Shown: positions 11,401 to 24,797, counted from the stretch's first letter. The stretch: 64,000 nt of DNA from Phoronis australis (GCA_002633005.1 NMRA01000003.1:2661117-2725116); one strand, 5' to 3'. Notes: generated from the letters alone by a model not told the origin. Made by a program: numbers and translations.

Positions 11401-14400
11401 CAGCATTAGGGTTGGTGTACAGCAGGAGTAGTGGCTGGTAGCGCCCTCTGCAGATCTTGTCAGCTACCTTCTGCCACTGGGGTCCAACCTTGGACAAAAA
11501 ACATTACGTTGAAATATGAAACTCAAATATCAAAGTTAACATTACAGGGATAATTTTAGGAGCACGCCCTGCATACTAGGCACAAAAATAATTTCTTTGT
11601 CGCAATATGATTACTTAACTTGGGACAAGGGGCTATTAAAATTAGAAGAAAAAAGGACAAAAAACAACAAAAAAAAACTACCATGGCCCATAGTCCTCCG
11701 AATTAGTTCACTGCCCGTGAGATCCTGTGGGTCAATTCACCCATACTGTTATTCTAAAATGATGCCCGTATTGATATTGTAATAGCTGTGAAAGGTATAT
11801 TTGTAGGAAAAGTCAGAAGAGTCTCACCTCCTTGACAGTAGCATCATCAAAATACACCCATAGCCGAGCCTTGGAGTTGTAGAAGAAGGTCGAGTAGTGC
11901 TTCCCATAGTAGCAGACGACACCTACCAGCTGAAGGTCACATGCGCGACTGGGATCAATTGAATGGTACAACTGGAACAAGATAACAAGTCACATGACAA
12001 CACACTCTTGAAAATCAGCTTACATCTGTTATACTTACTACCCATGGATACTCTTACACTAAAACATAAAGCTTAAAGCCTTTAACTAAGATAGTCTCTT
12101 AGCCACAAATGCTGTGCGGTCACAGAATACTACAAAGAACAGTGAAAAGGCACTACGCCAAAGCTAACACATTTCCCTCAAAAGATGGCACTGCCAACAG
12201 AAATGAATGTAAAAACTTAGTGTCATTATCGTCTGTTTTACTTACATCAGGGAGGTAAAGTGTAGTGCCAATGCTGCGGACAACATTCTGTATATGTTGA
12301 ATGTCAGACTTCTCTGAATCCCACACTAAACCAATGCTGACTGTAAAAAAGCAACAACTCATTACAATTAGCCTTTCAGTGACTCGCTTTTCACTTACAG
12401 ATCTCTTAAGCACAAGCATCAAGTGAATCTGTTACACATCATTAGCTGAAGTTATGTGACACTTCATATAACCAACTTATAAATTCAAGTAGTCTTCTTT
12501 AGTTCCTTCACGACATAAAGATGAATACCCAGTACTGACAGAGCAGGGTCAAAAGGACAAGACAGCAACTTTGTAACAGTTCCTGGGAGACTCTAAAAGT
12601 ATTCGCAAAATGAAATAATTTTACCGCATTCAACAATCATCTCAACTATACATACCAACATCAGGTGCATTCGTCAGAGTTCTTGAAGCTTTCACCCTTC
12701 TTCCACACTTGCTCTGTAAAGTCACACAATCGTTAACAGATATAAAAGTATGCATGTGTAGAGCCTGGCAATCTAACATCAATTGCCATCATCTCCACTT
12801 GAACAACAAATGTCTTGGTCACAATAATAATCCAACTTTCAAAACTTTCAGATGCAATTGCAGCACAAAAAAAATCACAAGTTAAGAAACTTTGAAATCA
12901 TCTTAAACAGTAAAAGTAAGGAAACGTTAAAATTTTACACCAAGAATTCATTCGATTTACCAAAAATGTTTTCAAAGAATTTGTAGAACCACTATAGTGA
13001 TGTTCAGGAAGGTCCGAAGAAAGTTTCAGAACACACAATTTGGCAATTTGTCCAATTAAGTGTACTTAAGGTACAAAGTATTCCTTGCTGTAAATGCACT
13101 TAAAGTACAAGGTACTCCTTGACCTGAGAAGCCAGCCTTACCGGGCACTCTTTGTCCATCTCACCCCGGGCGCCAGCATTACACAGTAGTTGACCAAAAT
13201 AGCATGGGGAAGGCTGCTGCAAGGCATACGTAGCTTCAGCCCTGGAACAACAAGACAACACATTGTGTGACTACACAATAAGCTGATTAAGCAAAAACAC
13301 TAGACTTGCTATTTCAAATCTAAAACTTTTACTTGACAGCTAAAAGATTACTTCTATGCAATGCAGTGGGGCTTAACACGTCATGTTAGCTATCCACAAA
13401 CTGGGATCAAAACTTGACACTTTACACAAATACCATTATTATATATCTAATAGATTGTAAATAAACATTAGCACAAACATGTCTATTTCCAGTTGGCATC
13501 TCCTACGTGTCAGGAAAGAAGTCTCTGCTATGCGACGTAGCCACTGAAGCTGAACAGGCATCTTGTTGGATTTGGATGAAATACCAACAGCAACACCAAC
13601 AACAACCGTCAGACAGAGCCTGATCAAATCTGTTGTCCCGCCTACTACAGATGGTCGCTCAAGTCTCCCACAGCCCATGTATACTATACTATACTATACT
13701 ATTCTGTATCATGGACACAACAGAATACTTAAACACTCTTACAATGACTGACAATGGCATATACTGAGCCATTAGTTTGTAAACAGTAAATGTCTGTTAT
13801 GTCTGCTCAACACCTGCTCAATACAAAATAAGTCAATACAAAATTGGTTAGTTACAACATGTAACCGTGTGATTGTATTGGAGGTCCAGCTTGAAAGCAG
13901 TCATGCTTTAACACGAATTACATAACCTTCTAAATACGATATCATTGTACTGGTGTTCAACTTGAAAACTTCTCGTAACCATCACTTGACTATTGTCATT
14001 TTGTAGAGAAAAATATGCATTAAAATTGCTTGATCTACTCACACGAGGGCACTGGTGGACACAGAATGTACCAAGTGACTGAAGGGCAGACATGCATATA
14101 CATACATACTAAATTACTTGATTTACTCACACAAGAGCACTGGTGGACACATAATGTACCATCTGACTGAAGGGCAGTGGTTCAGAGGTGGCGCCACATG
14201 TACATCGATATTGTTCAACGATTGTCATAGCAAACTTCTGGTGTGGGATGCAGTGGCGAGCATTACACATGTCTTCCTTCTCGTTGCTGGCAATGTGGAA
14301 GTGAATCCGCACCAAGATGTTTTCCTAAAGTGACAGTTAGGCAATAAATTCCACCATTGAGTACACACTAGGATTAGAAGTTTACTGCTGCTTTTTCTTC

Positions 14401-17400
14401 AGAGATGGTTCCACTGCACATCATTTGACTTTGGATCATATTAACAAAACCTATGGCTTCAGCAGAGCTCAAATTCTACAACATTTAAAGGATAATAGTG
14501 CAAGTTTATTGGGCCACTGCAGAATTCACAGTACACTTGATTCTCTTGGGAACATAAAATAGTAGACGTTTTTCCAGATGCCCAGTAGAAAAGAAAGCAG
14601 TTATTCCTGATCAGGGATAGAAAATGCTAGGTTGCAGTTGTTGTCTGTAACCATTAAAATTGGGCATATTTTCATATTATATCCTTCTTTTACTGGAAAC
14701 AAGCTACCTCTGGCCTCAGTGATAACAAGTTTGGAACGTATTTTCAAGATTAAAACTTGAGGGCTTTTAATTCTTAACAAGTCAACTGTTTTCACTGTAA
14801 CTGCTATTAATGAATGCCTCCCAGTGTGGCGCTTGAGGGGCCAGGATATGTCAGAGCCACATGACTGATGCTAAGTAAAGACTGATTTTGATTACATTTC
14901 TGTCAGAGGGTTGACATTCTGAAATTTCATATTTCCATTAACAAAAGGTTAGCCTNAGCATTCACACCGTGATTGTTTTGAGCACAACACATACAGCGTC
15001 GTAAACAAAAATTCATTAGTCTTGCCGTAGCATGGCATCATTCACTTTAAATTTAAATGCTGGAAATGTCACTTGCCCAGTTAATTACTGAGAATTGCAC
15101 AAAAAAGCAAGTCAAGTATCATTATTCTAGAGTAGACATTACTCACAAAACACTCAGCTGCGTCATCCATTACACCGATCTGAAAGCGCTCTTGGTCCGA
15201 AAATGTTTCAGCTAATGCCTTACGGAGGGCGTCTGGGGGTAGGGCGTCTTGGTCACTGTACTGGAACTGGGTGAAGATTACCTGGAAAAAGGAGGGGGTT
15301 ATTAATTAACAGAACTGGTGGGCATTGTAAACTTGAAATGAAAACGCTGGCACCATAGGAAAACTATACACATACTGTAGGAATTGGACTGGAAACTTGT
15401 TCACTGGCAAACAGAACCATAGTGTAGTCACATTGACAACAGTAGGCCTGGCTCACTCTGCTAGTTGAGAACAAATGATAAGCAGGCAATGTTACTTTAA
15501 AACAAAGACCACTTATTCAAAGCTAACAAAGCCTGAAGACAAACAGACCAGCCGCCATACCCCCCAGCCACAATGAACAAGTGAGTGTTATGTCTCAACA
15601 CTAACATTGTTCAAGCACTAACCATCTCCATGGCAACTAAGAACATGCCACAGGTTAACAATCCCACAGTGCATGTCTTTACCATCAATCAGATATCCCA
15701 TTTCCTAAACATAACAGTTTCCAAGAATAACCCAGCAAAGCTTTGCCAGTCACATAGTTTAAAGAAAGGAATACATTGAAATGTGCCCGTAAAACATCTA
15801 ATGCAGTCACACATCAAACAGGTTTTTTGAACATTACAGATTATGGAATCATATGGTAGAGTTATTTAGAATACAAAAACTTTTTCTCTTATTTTTCATA
15901 GAACCCATTCACCTAACCCACAGCTGAAAGTCAAAACTGCCAGACCAAAGTGGTTAAATCTTGTTAACTTGTTGGGAACTACAAAGTAGAGCAAATGCAT
16001 GGTACGGCGCCTTGTGCTGCGAGTTTTTGAACTCCAGGGGCAATTTTAATTTGATACAATAACATATGCCCAGACACTGTCTGCAGCGGTTAGCTTTTTT
16101 AGTTCACTAATCAAAAACAACAGAAAATTTCATTGAGTATCCTTTCCAGCCCACAATGTTCAACTAAGATAAAACAATTTTGAAAAGGTTAAACTTGCCA
16201 AAATTACTAGCCATTTACTGTGCACAAATTTAGTACAATCGTGGAAAAGTAGAAATTCATTTATTTCTCGACAAGGATTGTTTCTGTGATAGCAATTTCA
16301 GATTTAAAATAATTACAGTAAATATTTTCCAATTTGGGATCTAGTGAAAAATTAATTATTTTGCTCAAGGTCTGAGCTCGACTCAAATTCTAAAAATAAG
16401 CTGTCCCAAATACATGAATCACAGGAAAAACGGCAAAATTTCACACACTGTAGATTGAAATCACATTGTCTTAAATTTGAGAAATACGGTGAACGACAAA
16501 ATCACCGTTGTCCCAAATTCCAGAATCAAAAAATTCAATTTTTGAGGGAGTTTCCGAGTCCCAAATTCTGGAGACTGTTCCAAAATGGAGAATTTTTAAC
16601 GTAAGCCAACATAAAGTACATGTAAGAACTCACATCTTCAACATTTTGAATTGACCTTGCTAATGAAATACAATCCGTTTCACAAGGAATAAAGAGAGTT
16701 GTGTACCATGTCTTGAAGTATGAGTTTGCAGGTTAGGTGAAGGTGAAAGTGGGAATCAATTAAGCAGATAACCCAATTACTACAGGAACACAGAAGTCTA
16801 ACAGACCATTTGTCGCCACTTTCACAACTGCAAAACATAAACTTCAGGGAAGGAGGGGAGAAGGCTTGAAGCTAGTGTATGCTTGTGCCATTGTAAAAAC
16901 GATGATGCAAAAAGACAAAAATTCAAGTCTTAATTAAATGTTGTTACAAATATAAAGAAACAACTGACAGCTCCAATAAGACTTTGACAAGAAGATCCAG
17001 GAATGTTTGTAGTGCTTAACGTACGTGGCGCTTTACGTAATTCCTGATCTATAAAAATATCCACACGTGTCGTACACTTCCAACAGAAAAAGGAGGCTGG
17101 GGAAAGTGAACATTTTGTTGCCATGAGAAAATGTTCATAATTCCCCCCAACAGGTTCCAAACTTTTGTTAGTCCTTGTATATATTTTCACATCTACATCA
17201 TTGCAAGTATTGATAAAAATACTGTATCATCAGCAAAATGTTGCATCGGATTGTTAATCGAATACCAGTATTCAACTTTACAAACCACCACTTCACCCAC
17301 TGTAGAACTTAGACCACTGGTAGTAAAACAATCTGACCAGCGGTCATGAGCCAACTGTAGAAGCAGGACACATGTGGAGGGGAGCCACAAAAGAAACAGT

Positions 17401-20400
17401 GCAGTATGGCAATATAATTCACATTAATAGACATGGTGAGATAACATACTAGACAAACAGAAGCCTGCTGTCTTAACATAAAGACTCTTAATCAACAACA
17501 TGTGATGAGGCCAACACTTAACTCAAATCACAACCAACAAAAATGATACCTGTTATGCTGAGAAATTTAAAATTTTTCCCAACAGTTCAGTATTTTGAAG
17601 AAACCTGCAAAGTCTCAGGTATCTCGCCTCTGACATCCTATATCTGTTTATTAGAGCAATATATCCAATTAACAACTTTAGTGGAAAATCTCTCCACTTG
17701 ACTAATCATTTCCAGATGCTTCTGAACACTTGTGCTATCCAGTTAAGGTTTTAAAGTGTAACACCTAATGGTGTCATTCTGCCTCAGCCTTTTTGTAACA
17801 ACTTGTCAGTGAAAGAACAGTTAGGGGTGCCACGCACTTGGTGAGACTCTGACTCACACATGTGCTGGTGTGTCACCAGGCTCATATCCCATTAAAAGCC
17901 CATCAACAGGAGACCATCAGTGAGAGTTTCCCAGAGATGACATAATGGCCCAGCACAGGCTCCCCTGAATGACCAGCTGGCCCAGGCTGTCACAAGACCC
18001 AGAGACACTTCTGAGACTTGAGTGACTTTAGTATCACAAAGAATGAAGTGGATTATCTTTGGGCGACATTTGATCATAGCTTACAAAAATGACCAAAATG
18101 TTTAACAAAAACAAGCAAAAAAGATAAGTGCCATGTTTTAAGGAGTGCCCAAGGCAGCTGTCAGAAATATTTCATAACATCCAACTCCACAAGTATAAAC
18201 TAAAAACGTGTGTGATATCCAGTAACACCAACTGTGACCAACTAAGACTGGCTGATAAGGCTATTAACAGATTTAAGGGTTGATCAGCATGACCTGCTTC
18301 CCAAGCAATAACCACTTGAAGGAGTCAGACTAAAGTGCCCTCCACACAGAGAACTAGAACAAGTTACTCCTGGAACAAAGACTTGTCGCAAAGTTTTGGT
18401 TTGAGTGCTGTCTGTGAGACATTTAAACTGTGTAGCCGCAAACGTGGGGTAGGGCGGAAGTCATTATCAACAGCGCTTATTTACGGATGGGTTTTTTACA
18501 CACAGTACCCGCACTAGGCGTTCATTGAAACCCATAGAGCAACAACTTTTGTCTTACCCTAGTTATCGGAAATGTGTGTGTGTGGATGTTGCACTTAGGA
18601 GTGGGGCAAGTTGCATTAGTGCAAGTTGCTATAGGGTAGGCTGTATGTGGATGGGACTTAAGATGCCCATTGGTGGGGTAGATCCAGGAATTTGAGTTGA
18701 GGGTGGCAGGATGACTGATCAGTAGACGATATTCAAGAGGTCAACATGCACAAAATGTGTGCATCTGGAAAGACAGGTCTACTGAGTGACTTTTCACCTC
18801 TTCTTTGAAATTTTGAAAATCCTTTTTTATCAATAGAAAGTTGTGAAATGTCGACCAAGATTGTGATTCCAACCAATCACGGCATGGGAAGATGTAAACA
18901 CTACAATCCGCCTAAATCTTGGCCCACAAACATTTACAGCTAACGAAGGCAGAAAGACAATTTTCAATGAGCTTGGGACACTTTCAGAGCAGATCAATAA
19001 CTGACGCGGAATGAACCACCAAAAGGGCTTGTGAGAAATGGCATTTTGTTGACCTCACGATCGACTGAAAATACGTCCCAGAATATGTGTCAGAATTAAC
19101 AAACCCAATAGAAAATGAAATATTTTCCTTTGGTTACTAGTATCTGATGCCAATTAGGCTAACAATCAATACACAGAATATATGAGGGCGCCAGCACATG
19201 AGACTAGCAAAAATATGACCTCGCCAAAAAGGCCAATGTATCCTTATACTCATACTGTAGGACACCAATAGAACGTTTTGCTGTCTAATTGTGTGAATAT
19301 TGTTTCCTCAACATCAGTAGAGTAAATGTATCTTACAAGCGCACTTAACCATGTCGCCAAACTTTAAGTTACTGAATCTTCGTTACCTAATATTTTTGAT
19401 TGGTTTTGTATTGTTCTCAATTGAAACTTGACAGAATTTTACAAGTTCTCAGTTTTGAATTTTTTCAACGACAAAATAAGCTTCGACAGTCAGTTTTACG
19501 ACCATACAGTTAGTGTCTTTATTTAACAAAAACAAGTTATCTAACTCATGCACTTGACTTTGACTAATATCAATCGTATTTTCTACTTATAGTAGACCAA
19601 GTGATACTGGGAATTGTGAATGGATGTGACACTGCCATCCAATCACCTTGGAACTGTTTTTTTCTCTTATAAAATTCTTTGTCTCATCTTTTTTGCTAAC
19701 TCACTCAGCCCACTGGATGTCTTTTTCATTTTTGCACCACCACAAATGATCCCAACTCCAATAGCCAATGACGGTTGTCCAATGGCCATAAACGAGCAAG
19801 TGTGCATATGCTCAGTGAGTTCAGGATGACATTCACATTTCTCTGGGATACGAAAAACTTGATTATTGTCAGAGAACGCACGGCAGGATTTTTGTACCTG
19901 GATCAAAGATCATGATTCCACTTCATATATAAAAAAATTGGCATGATTTTCTTTTTAATCGTCGTATTCACCAAATTCCAGTACAGCAATTTTAAAGTGC
20001 AATGCGGCAGCCATGGTACCCAGACTAGCTGATTAAATCGATCTATCATATGAATGCCATGAATGAAGGTCAGTTGATATGAATGGGCTTAAAGACCTGA
20101 AAACAGGGATATACTGCTGTGTTCAAGAGTTAATTTTTGCCAACAGGGCCCTTTGTGTTTGTGTGGCCATTGACAGTTTTGGTACAATACCACCATAAAC
20201 ACATCAAAAAGAATCTGTGGAAGCTCATATAGAAAGGACTACCCATCATTTCTGCTTCATAACGGTAACTTTGGTGGGCATGGCCTAACTACTTTTGTGG
20301 GGCCATCCATTAACCAATAATGAAAAGTTATCGTTAAAATCACTGTTTTAATAATCTACAATCAAATACTGTGAGGTATAAATCAACAAAAATTACCTTC

Positions 20401-21374
20401 AATGCACAAAATATACAGGAGTTTCCCATACACTGGTGACCGGACAACTGGCGAAAACTGCGGCGAAATACATCTAAGTGCCAGAGAACCTGCAAGGTAA
20501 AATGAGGCTAGCTCTCAACATTTATTGGTACAGTTGAAATTGACAAATCGTCCATTTATCAGACTCTACTTGTAAAGGGTGGCCATCATGATTCATACAC
20601 TAGAACAAATCATACAATGTGCAGAACATACAGGTGATAATGGAGATATGCTGAATTAAATACACTCCACTGGTACAAGCAGTGAAATAATATTAAAACT
20701 GAAAATGCCTGCATGGTTTCACCATTTCAAACATCACATGGGCAGCATTGCATTGCAGTATATTTAACGAGTATGTACAAAAAGTCGAGATTAGTCAGTG
20801 ACCAATGTGACACCGCGGCAGCCATTTTTGACACGGGTTTGAAAGTTAGAGAGTTGCACTCGATCAGTTACTCCAGTTTCACCTACACGTCGAAACACAA
20901 CTGGGGCAGGGTGGAAAGGGATCATCTTTCAATAAGCTTGCGCAATAGCATATATACGGTTGATCTGCTGGCATTCCATATGGTTTGGACATTTGCTATT
21001 ACTTATGCGAGCATGCGCAGACAATCTTCCATAAATGACTTGTGCTGATTCAGTTTACGATCCAATGTCGTGTAAATGAGACGAAAGCGGAGCAAGTCGC
21101 GCCGTGACGACTGTCTCTCGTGTAAAAGCAGCTAATCAGACTAGTCATATATTATTACTTATTTACTGCATGGTATGGAAGTCATGCCTATTTACCGCCA
21201 GAGTTGCACCATATTTATTACCTGTACTGCACTGTTCACAAAGCAGTTATTCTCGCCAGGGTTGTTGAGTAGACCCTTGCGACACTGGAATGACATGCTG
21301 TGGCGAGGATTGGGTCCTCTCTGCCACAATGGGTGGAGGTATGGCTGGAAATGCGACATCGTACCAAAACTCAT
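1617..21374 (-). CDS. USP54: Ubiquitin carboxyl-terminal hydrolase 54/53 orthologue (echinus-like), 16 coding exons, 1921 aa
   Basis: Exons joined at GT-AG sites with matching phases: 21222-21374, 20397-20489, 15147-15281, 14131-14324, 13142-13241, 12656-12713, 12246-12340, 11828-11971, 11329-11488, 9347-11053, 9037-9153, 8296-8458, 5827-7497, 5356-5510, 4931-4947, 1617-2420 (5766 nt, open to TAA). Motifs [75 protein letters not shown] and [10 protein letters not shown] are recognisable USP53/54 sequence. Confidence 0.93.
2476..2635. mobile_element. Small degenerate MITE
   Basis: aattcacaaccctaa / ttagggttatgaatt inverted repeat (14/15 match). Confidence 0.45.
3051..3540. mobile_element. MITE-like element carrying a minisatellite
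   Basis: tgaaaagtacgctatcagtca / tgactgatagcgtacaattca inverted repeat (15-bp perfect core). Confidence 0.6.
3405..3500. repeat. Three tandem copies of a 32-bp unit
   Basis: aaacacagaggggtgaa(g/t)ggtaatcttaccac x3, no spacers. Confidence 0.95.
3535..4675. repeat. 570-bp direct duplication around N at 4105 (likely assembly artefact)
   Basis: 3535-4104 vs 4106-4675; about 3 substitutions seen. Confidence 0.9.
4931..4947 (-). CDS. USP54: USP54 17-nt microexon (GPCPPA)
   Basis: tttttctctgcgctccacag|GACCCTGTCCTCCTGCC|gtaagt; converts phase 1 to the phase 0 needed by the last exon. Confidence 0.75.
5356..5510 (-). CDS. USP54: USP54 exon SVPSDHDTL...[13 protein letters not shown]...GME
   Basis: 155 nt, ttctgcag|...G|gttggt, open in the required phase (2-1). 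Confidence 0.8.
5827..7497 (-). CDS. USP54: USP54 large Pro/Gln/Ser-rich exon
   Basis: Contains most of the 568-aa ORF; ttgttttag acceptor, AT|GTGAGT donor, phase 2-2. Confidence 0.88.
6307..6387 (-). repeat. Coding 27-bp tandem repeat x3 (TQPFQQAQN-like)
   Basis: ctctgggcctg(c/t)tgga(ag/tt)ggctgggta repeated inside the USP54 exon. Confidence 0.9.
8296..8458 (-). CDS. USP54: USP54 exon DYFKQILDL...[20 protein letters not shown] (helical, MIT-like)
   Basis: 163 nt, tttgcag|...AG|gtacat, phase 1-2. Confidence 0.85.
9037..9153 (-). CDS. USP54: USP54 exon [39 protein letters not shown] (helical, MIT-like)
   Basis: 117 nt, tttgttag|...|gtaggt, phase 1-1. Confidence 0.85.
9347..11053 (-). CDS. 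USP54: USP54 large low-complexity exon ([25 protein letters not shown] motifs)
   Basis: Contains the 554-aa ORF; acceptor ccttttaag at 11054-11055; donor G|GTGAGT at 9346. Confidence 0.88.
11329..11488 (-). CDS. USP54: USP54 exon [32 protein letters not shown]... (end of USP domain)
   Basis: 160 nt, tttgtccaag|...|gtatgt, phase 0-1. Confidence 0.9.
11828..11971 (-). CDS. USP54: USP54 exon with His box [34 protein letters not shown]
   Basis: 144 nt, ttccag|...|gtgaga. Confidence 0.95.
12246..12340 (-). CDS. USP54: USP54 exon [32 protein letters not shown]
   Basis: 95 nt, ttttacag|...|gtaagt, phase 1-0. Confidence 0.95.
12656..12713 (-). CDS. USP54: USP54 exon [19 protein letters not shown]
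   Basis: 58 nt, tttacag|...|gtatgt, phase 0-1. Confidence 0.9.
13142..13241 (-). CDS. USP54: USP54 exon [33 protein letters not shown]
   Basis: 100 nt, ttccag|...|gtaagg, phase 2-0; the FGQLL..A...CP pattern fits the family. Confidence 0.9.
14131..14324 (-). CDS. USP54: USP54 exon [10 protein letters not shown]...HQKFAM...[11 protein letters not shown]
   Basis: 194 nt, tttag|...|gtgagt, phase 0-2. Confidence 0.95.
15147..15281 (-). CDS. USP54: USP54 exon [45 protein letters not shown]
   Basis: 135 nt, ttttccag|...|gtgagt. Confidence 0.95.
20397..20489 (-). CDS. USP54: USP54 exon [31 protein letters not shown]
   Basis: 93 nt, cag|...|gtaatt, phase 0-0. Confidence 0.95.
21222..21374 (-). 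CDS. USP54: USP54 coding exon 1 (start codon, Cys box [18 protein letters not shown])
   Basis: Acceptor ttttag at 21404-21405; in-frame TGA upstream of the ATG at 21374; donor CAG|GTAATA. Confidence 0.9.
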
Positions 21375-24300
21375 GCTGTGACCACTACCAAAGTAACGTC
21401 ACACTAAAAATAAGAAAAAATTAAAAATTAGTGACACAAAACCTTCATTTTTCACAACAGTAACTAGGTTATTTCATCCCTCCAAATCTAAGTAAACAAC
21501 TCATATATATACATAAATAGTTTTATCAGTAGGTAAACAAAACAAACAAGCTTACACTAATGTGGTCATTTGGTAGCACAAGACACAAATACCGGCGGAG
21601 CTGAACATGTCCACCTCCAATGGAAACTAGAAGTTCCTTAGTAAAACAATGAGCTGCACAAAACAACCAGTGTATGGCGCACATGTATTTTAATCCTTGA
21701 AAACTAAGCACAGGTCAAACAGCACATGTGGCTGTGCTTAGGCCAACTGTCAGTGAACCCTATGATAACAATATGGTGTTTTTCTACTAACTTTATTGGC
21801 TTATTTCACAAACAACCCTCCATTGTAATGACCCTGGTCTTTAGTCTCACTCAAGATAGTTGACAAAATGACACCAAGGAGGGTACAAGAAATATAGACC
21901 AATACTGAGTGTATTCTCAGAAAACATCAACCACAGGCATGTTTGATGTTGGTAGTAAGAGATTCATAGTTAAAAGAACAATGAAGAAACAGATGAATTA
22001 CAGCAGCGATAGGCATTTCACTTAACACACATCAGGATCTACTGATGAAGTTTCAGTTTAGTTACTGGTGGCGTTAATGGAGTGAAAAGTTCACTGGAAG
22101 TAATTCTAATCCACAAATTAATCATTTAGTTTCTCAAGAACTTAGAAGCCCTCTTAGGCAACACAATTTAGGCAAGTCAACTTACTACTAGCAACAACAT
22201 GCTGAGGAAGCCCTCCAAACAACACAAAGTAGTCAGGACATAGGACACTGTTTTTGTCCTCACCCACTATGAGTTTTTTTCAGTCTACATAAATACACAG
22301 TCTCTACTCTATAAACTATCAACTGGCACCATAAATACAGCCAAGCTCAAAACATGGGATCAAATGTGCAGAAGTTCAACACAGTTTATTTGAACTGAGG
22401 CCTTTTGAGCAGAACATATACAAATTTCTGGTTCCAGTGTAAACTAAAATCTGGGCTGGAAGTAAATAATTTACCAATAAAATCTTTACTGTGAACTTTA
22501 ATTGACTGTAGCAATCACAGTTTGCATTCCTTCCACAAGAAGATAATCTCGAATGTTTCATTAAAACTTACACGACGGACAAATACAACAGTCCGCAAAG
22601 GGACACGTTCAGGCATATTTTCACAGACAGTTGAAGTGCTTATGTGTACCTACTGTACTTTCATCCTAACCTAATGGCCCTGTTTTCCTTGACCTTCTCT
22701 AAAGATCACCTAATAAGATTAGGGTACTGGAGGGAACTATCAGCCACAGGTGACACCCCCAGTTATTACAGGGGGAACAATGACATCACACCAAGTTGAC
22801 TTTGGGAGTTGAGGAAAGAACTGTTTGGAATGATATCGACCTTTTCATGTTAAAAAATTTCAAAATAATCAAATTCCAAGAAATTTTGTGAGAACATTGA
22901 TGAACACTTGTCACGTGATTGACAGAAGAGACAAAGCAAGAGAAGTCAACAAAGGAGCTGTGTGCCATTTGTCACTGTTTGCTACACAGTAACTCATGGT
23001 ACACAGGTCAAACAAAGGAAAATTTTTAATGGTTCCCACCCAGGTAATCTTGCAGGAGTGCTCTTGCCTAACAATAATGCACAAGGCTTCTTTGCCAACC
23101 AACTTAAATGAAACTATACTTTTAAAACATCATAAAATACTTTGCGTTCTTGAAACGGCTCGTTTAACATCCAAGCCGTGGTAATGATCACGCCAGACAC
23201 TAATAACTTCTCAAGTTATGGCACACTGCACGTTAAAATGAACAAATTTCTCAATTTCCTAAACCCAAATGGACCATTTAGACATAAATGACAAGAATTG
23301 AAAACACGACACAGAAACTGGATCTATTTACTACCAATGACAGCAGCTACAATAAGAGTTATAACCTAAGAATGGAGCTAGACACATCTACGAAGTGTAT
23401 GCACTACGAAAAGGGCTTGGTCAGCAAATCAAATAAGAAGAACTTAACACACAAAATTTATGTTCCTCTTGGTTACTCTGACAATATTAACTTAGCACTG
23501 CATAGATGCGTAATGAAGGTTTTTGAATACGTGGCCCAACTTTCATTTGTTCCTTTTTCATTTAGGCCGCTTACTGACATTTTAAAACCAGTCTCGTTCT
23601 GGTTTGGTTTCTTTCACAGATTAGAAATGATTTTGAAGCAGAACTAACCCAGCCATTATTTCTGCAGACAAGACTCATTAAAATTGATTGTCACGGTGAT
23701 TTAGTTTCAATTGCCAAGATATTATGACTGTCAAGGGAATTTCAGGGCAATTTCAATTCGAACCAAGAATAAGGACAGCGTGGATGGTCCTGTAATAGCA
23801 AAAATGGCTGAAGAAAGCCGATTGTTTTAGCAGAGCATGTTTCATAGCAGTGTTAACTTGATTGTTCCTACAACCAGTCTTCAAACTTGACAACAAGAAG
23901 CTGCTTAGAAGCATCCTCGAAACTACATCCTCACCGCAAAAGATTTGTGTGCTTTGAAAACTGAATATTTTAGCAAAGTGTACAATCACCACTACAGCTC
24001 TAGAACACATGGCAACTGTCCAGTGAGTAGTGTTCTCTTTGGAACACCTTTGTCCTTACTCGCTACAATTCAAGATGGAAACTGCAAAAGACATAGATAC
24101 ACCTGCTTTGACTACACAGTTGCCAAACAGATCAAGCAGGCCATTATGCCTATGTCAAAATAATCAAAATGTCAAGTGAGAGAACTCATCCTGCTAAAAC
24201 AACATGCAGACTCTGGACAGGTTATTATCAAATGTGGCTGTAACTGCTTCAAGGTGATTGACCAGACTGGGGAACAGTTTGCTGAGGAGGATAGAGTGAT

Positions 24301-24702
24301 ACTTCAAAAGATGACAGGTAAAAGAGATCTCAGAGATACTGGCACTGAGCCAGAACTGAACAAACAGCAGGTTGAACATTCCGGTTGGAAATAGACAGCA
24401 GCAAAAAGACATCAAGTACATAAAAACCACTCCGATTCATGAAACAGGCACAAATGCTGACGTAAAACGTTTACGAAAAAAGATGGCAGAATGATAATGC
24501 AGAAAAATATTTCACAACTTCTATGTTGATGTCATAGCAGAGTTCAGTAAGCTGTGAATCAATTGGTCATACTCACTCATAAGCTTCAGGATCAGAAACG
24601 TAGTCACAGAAACACAGAATCAAGAAAAAGGATCTTTTAGTATCAATTAGTAAAATGCTTCAGAACTACTGGTACCTGTTGTAATTTCAAGTTAAAACTT
24701 AC

Positions 24703-24797
24703 CCAAGATACTTTTCGCAAAATAATTAGGTTGTTTCAGTACAAGTCATTTTCACATATCCGGAACTCGTCAACTTCAGGTAGATCTTCAGTACAAC
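24703..24797 (-). other. Putative 5'-UTR exon of USP54 (95 nt)
   Basis: Strong splice signals: tcttttgtttcag| ... GG|GTAAGT. The first coding exon begins with an acceptor, so upstream exons must exist. Confidence 0.5.
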
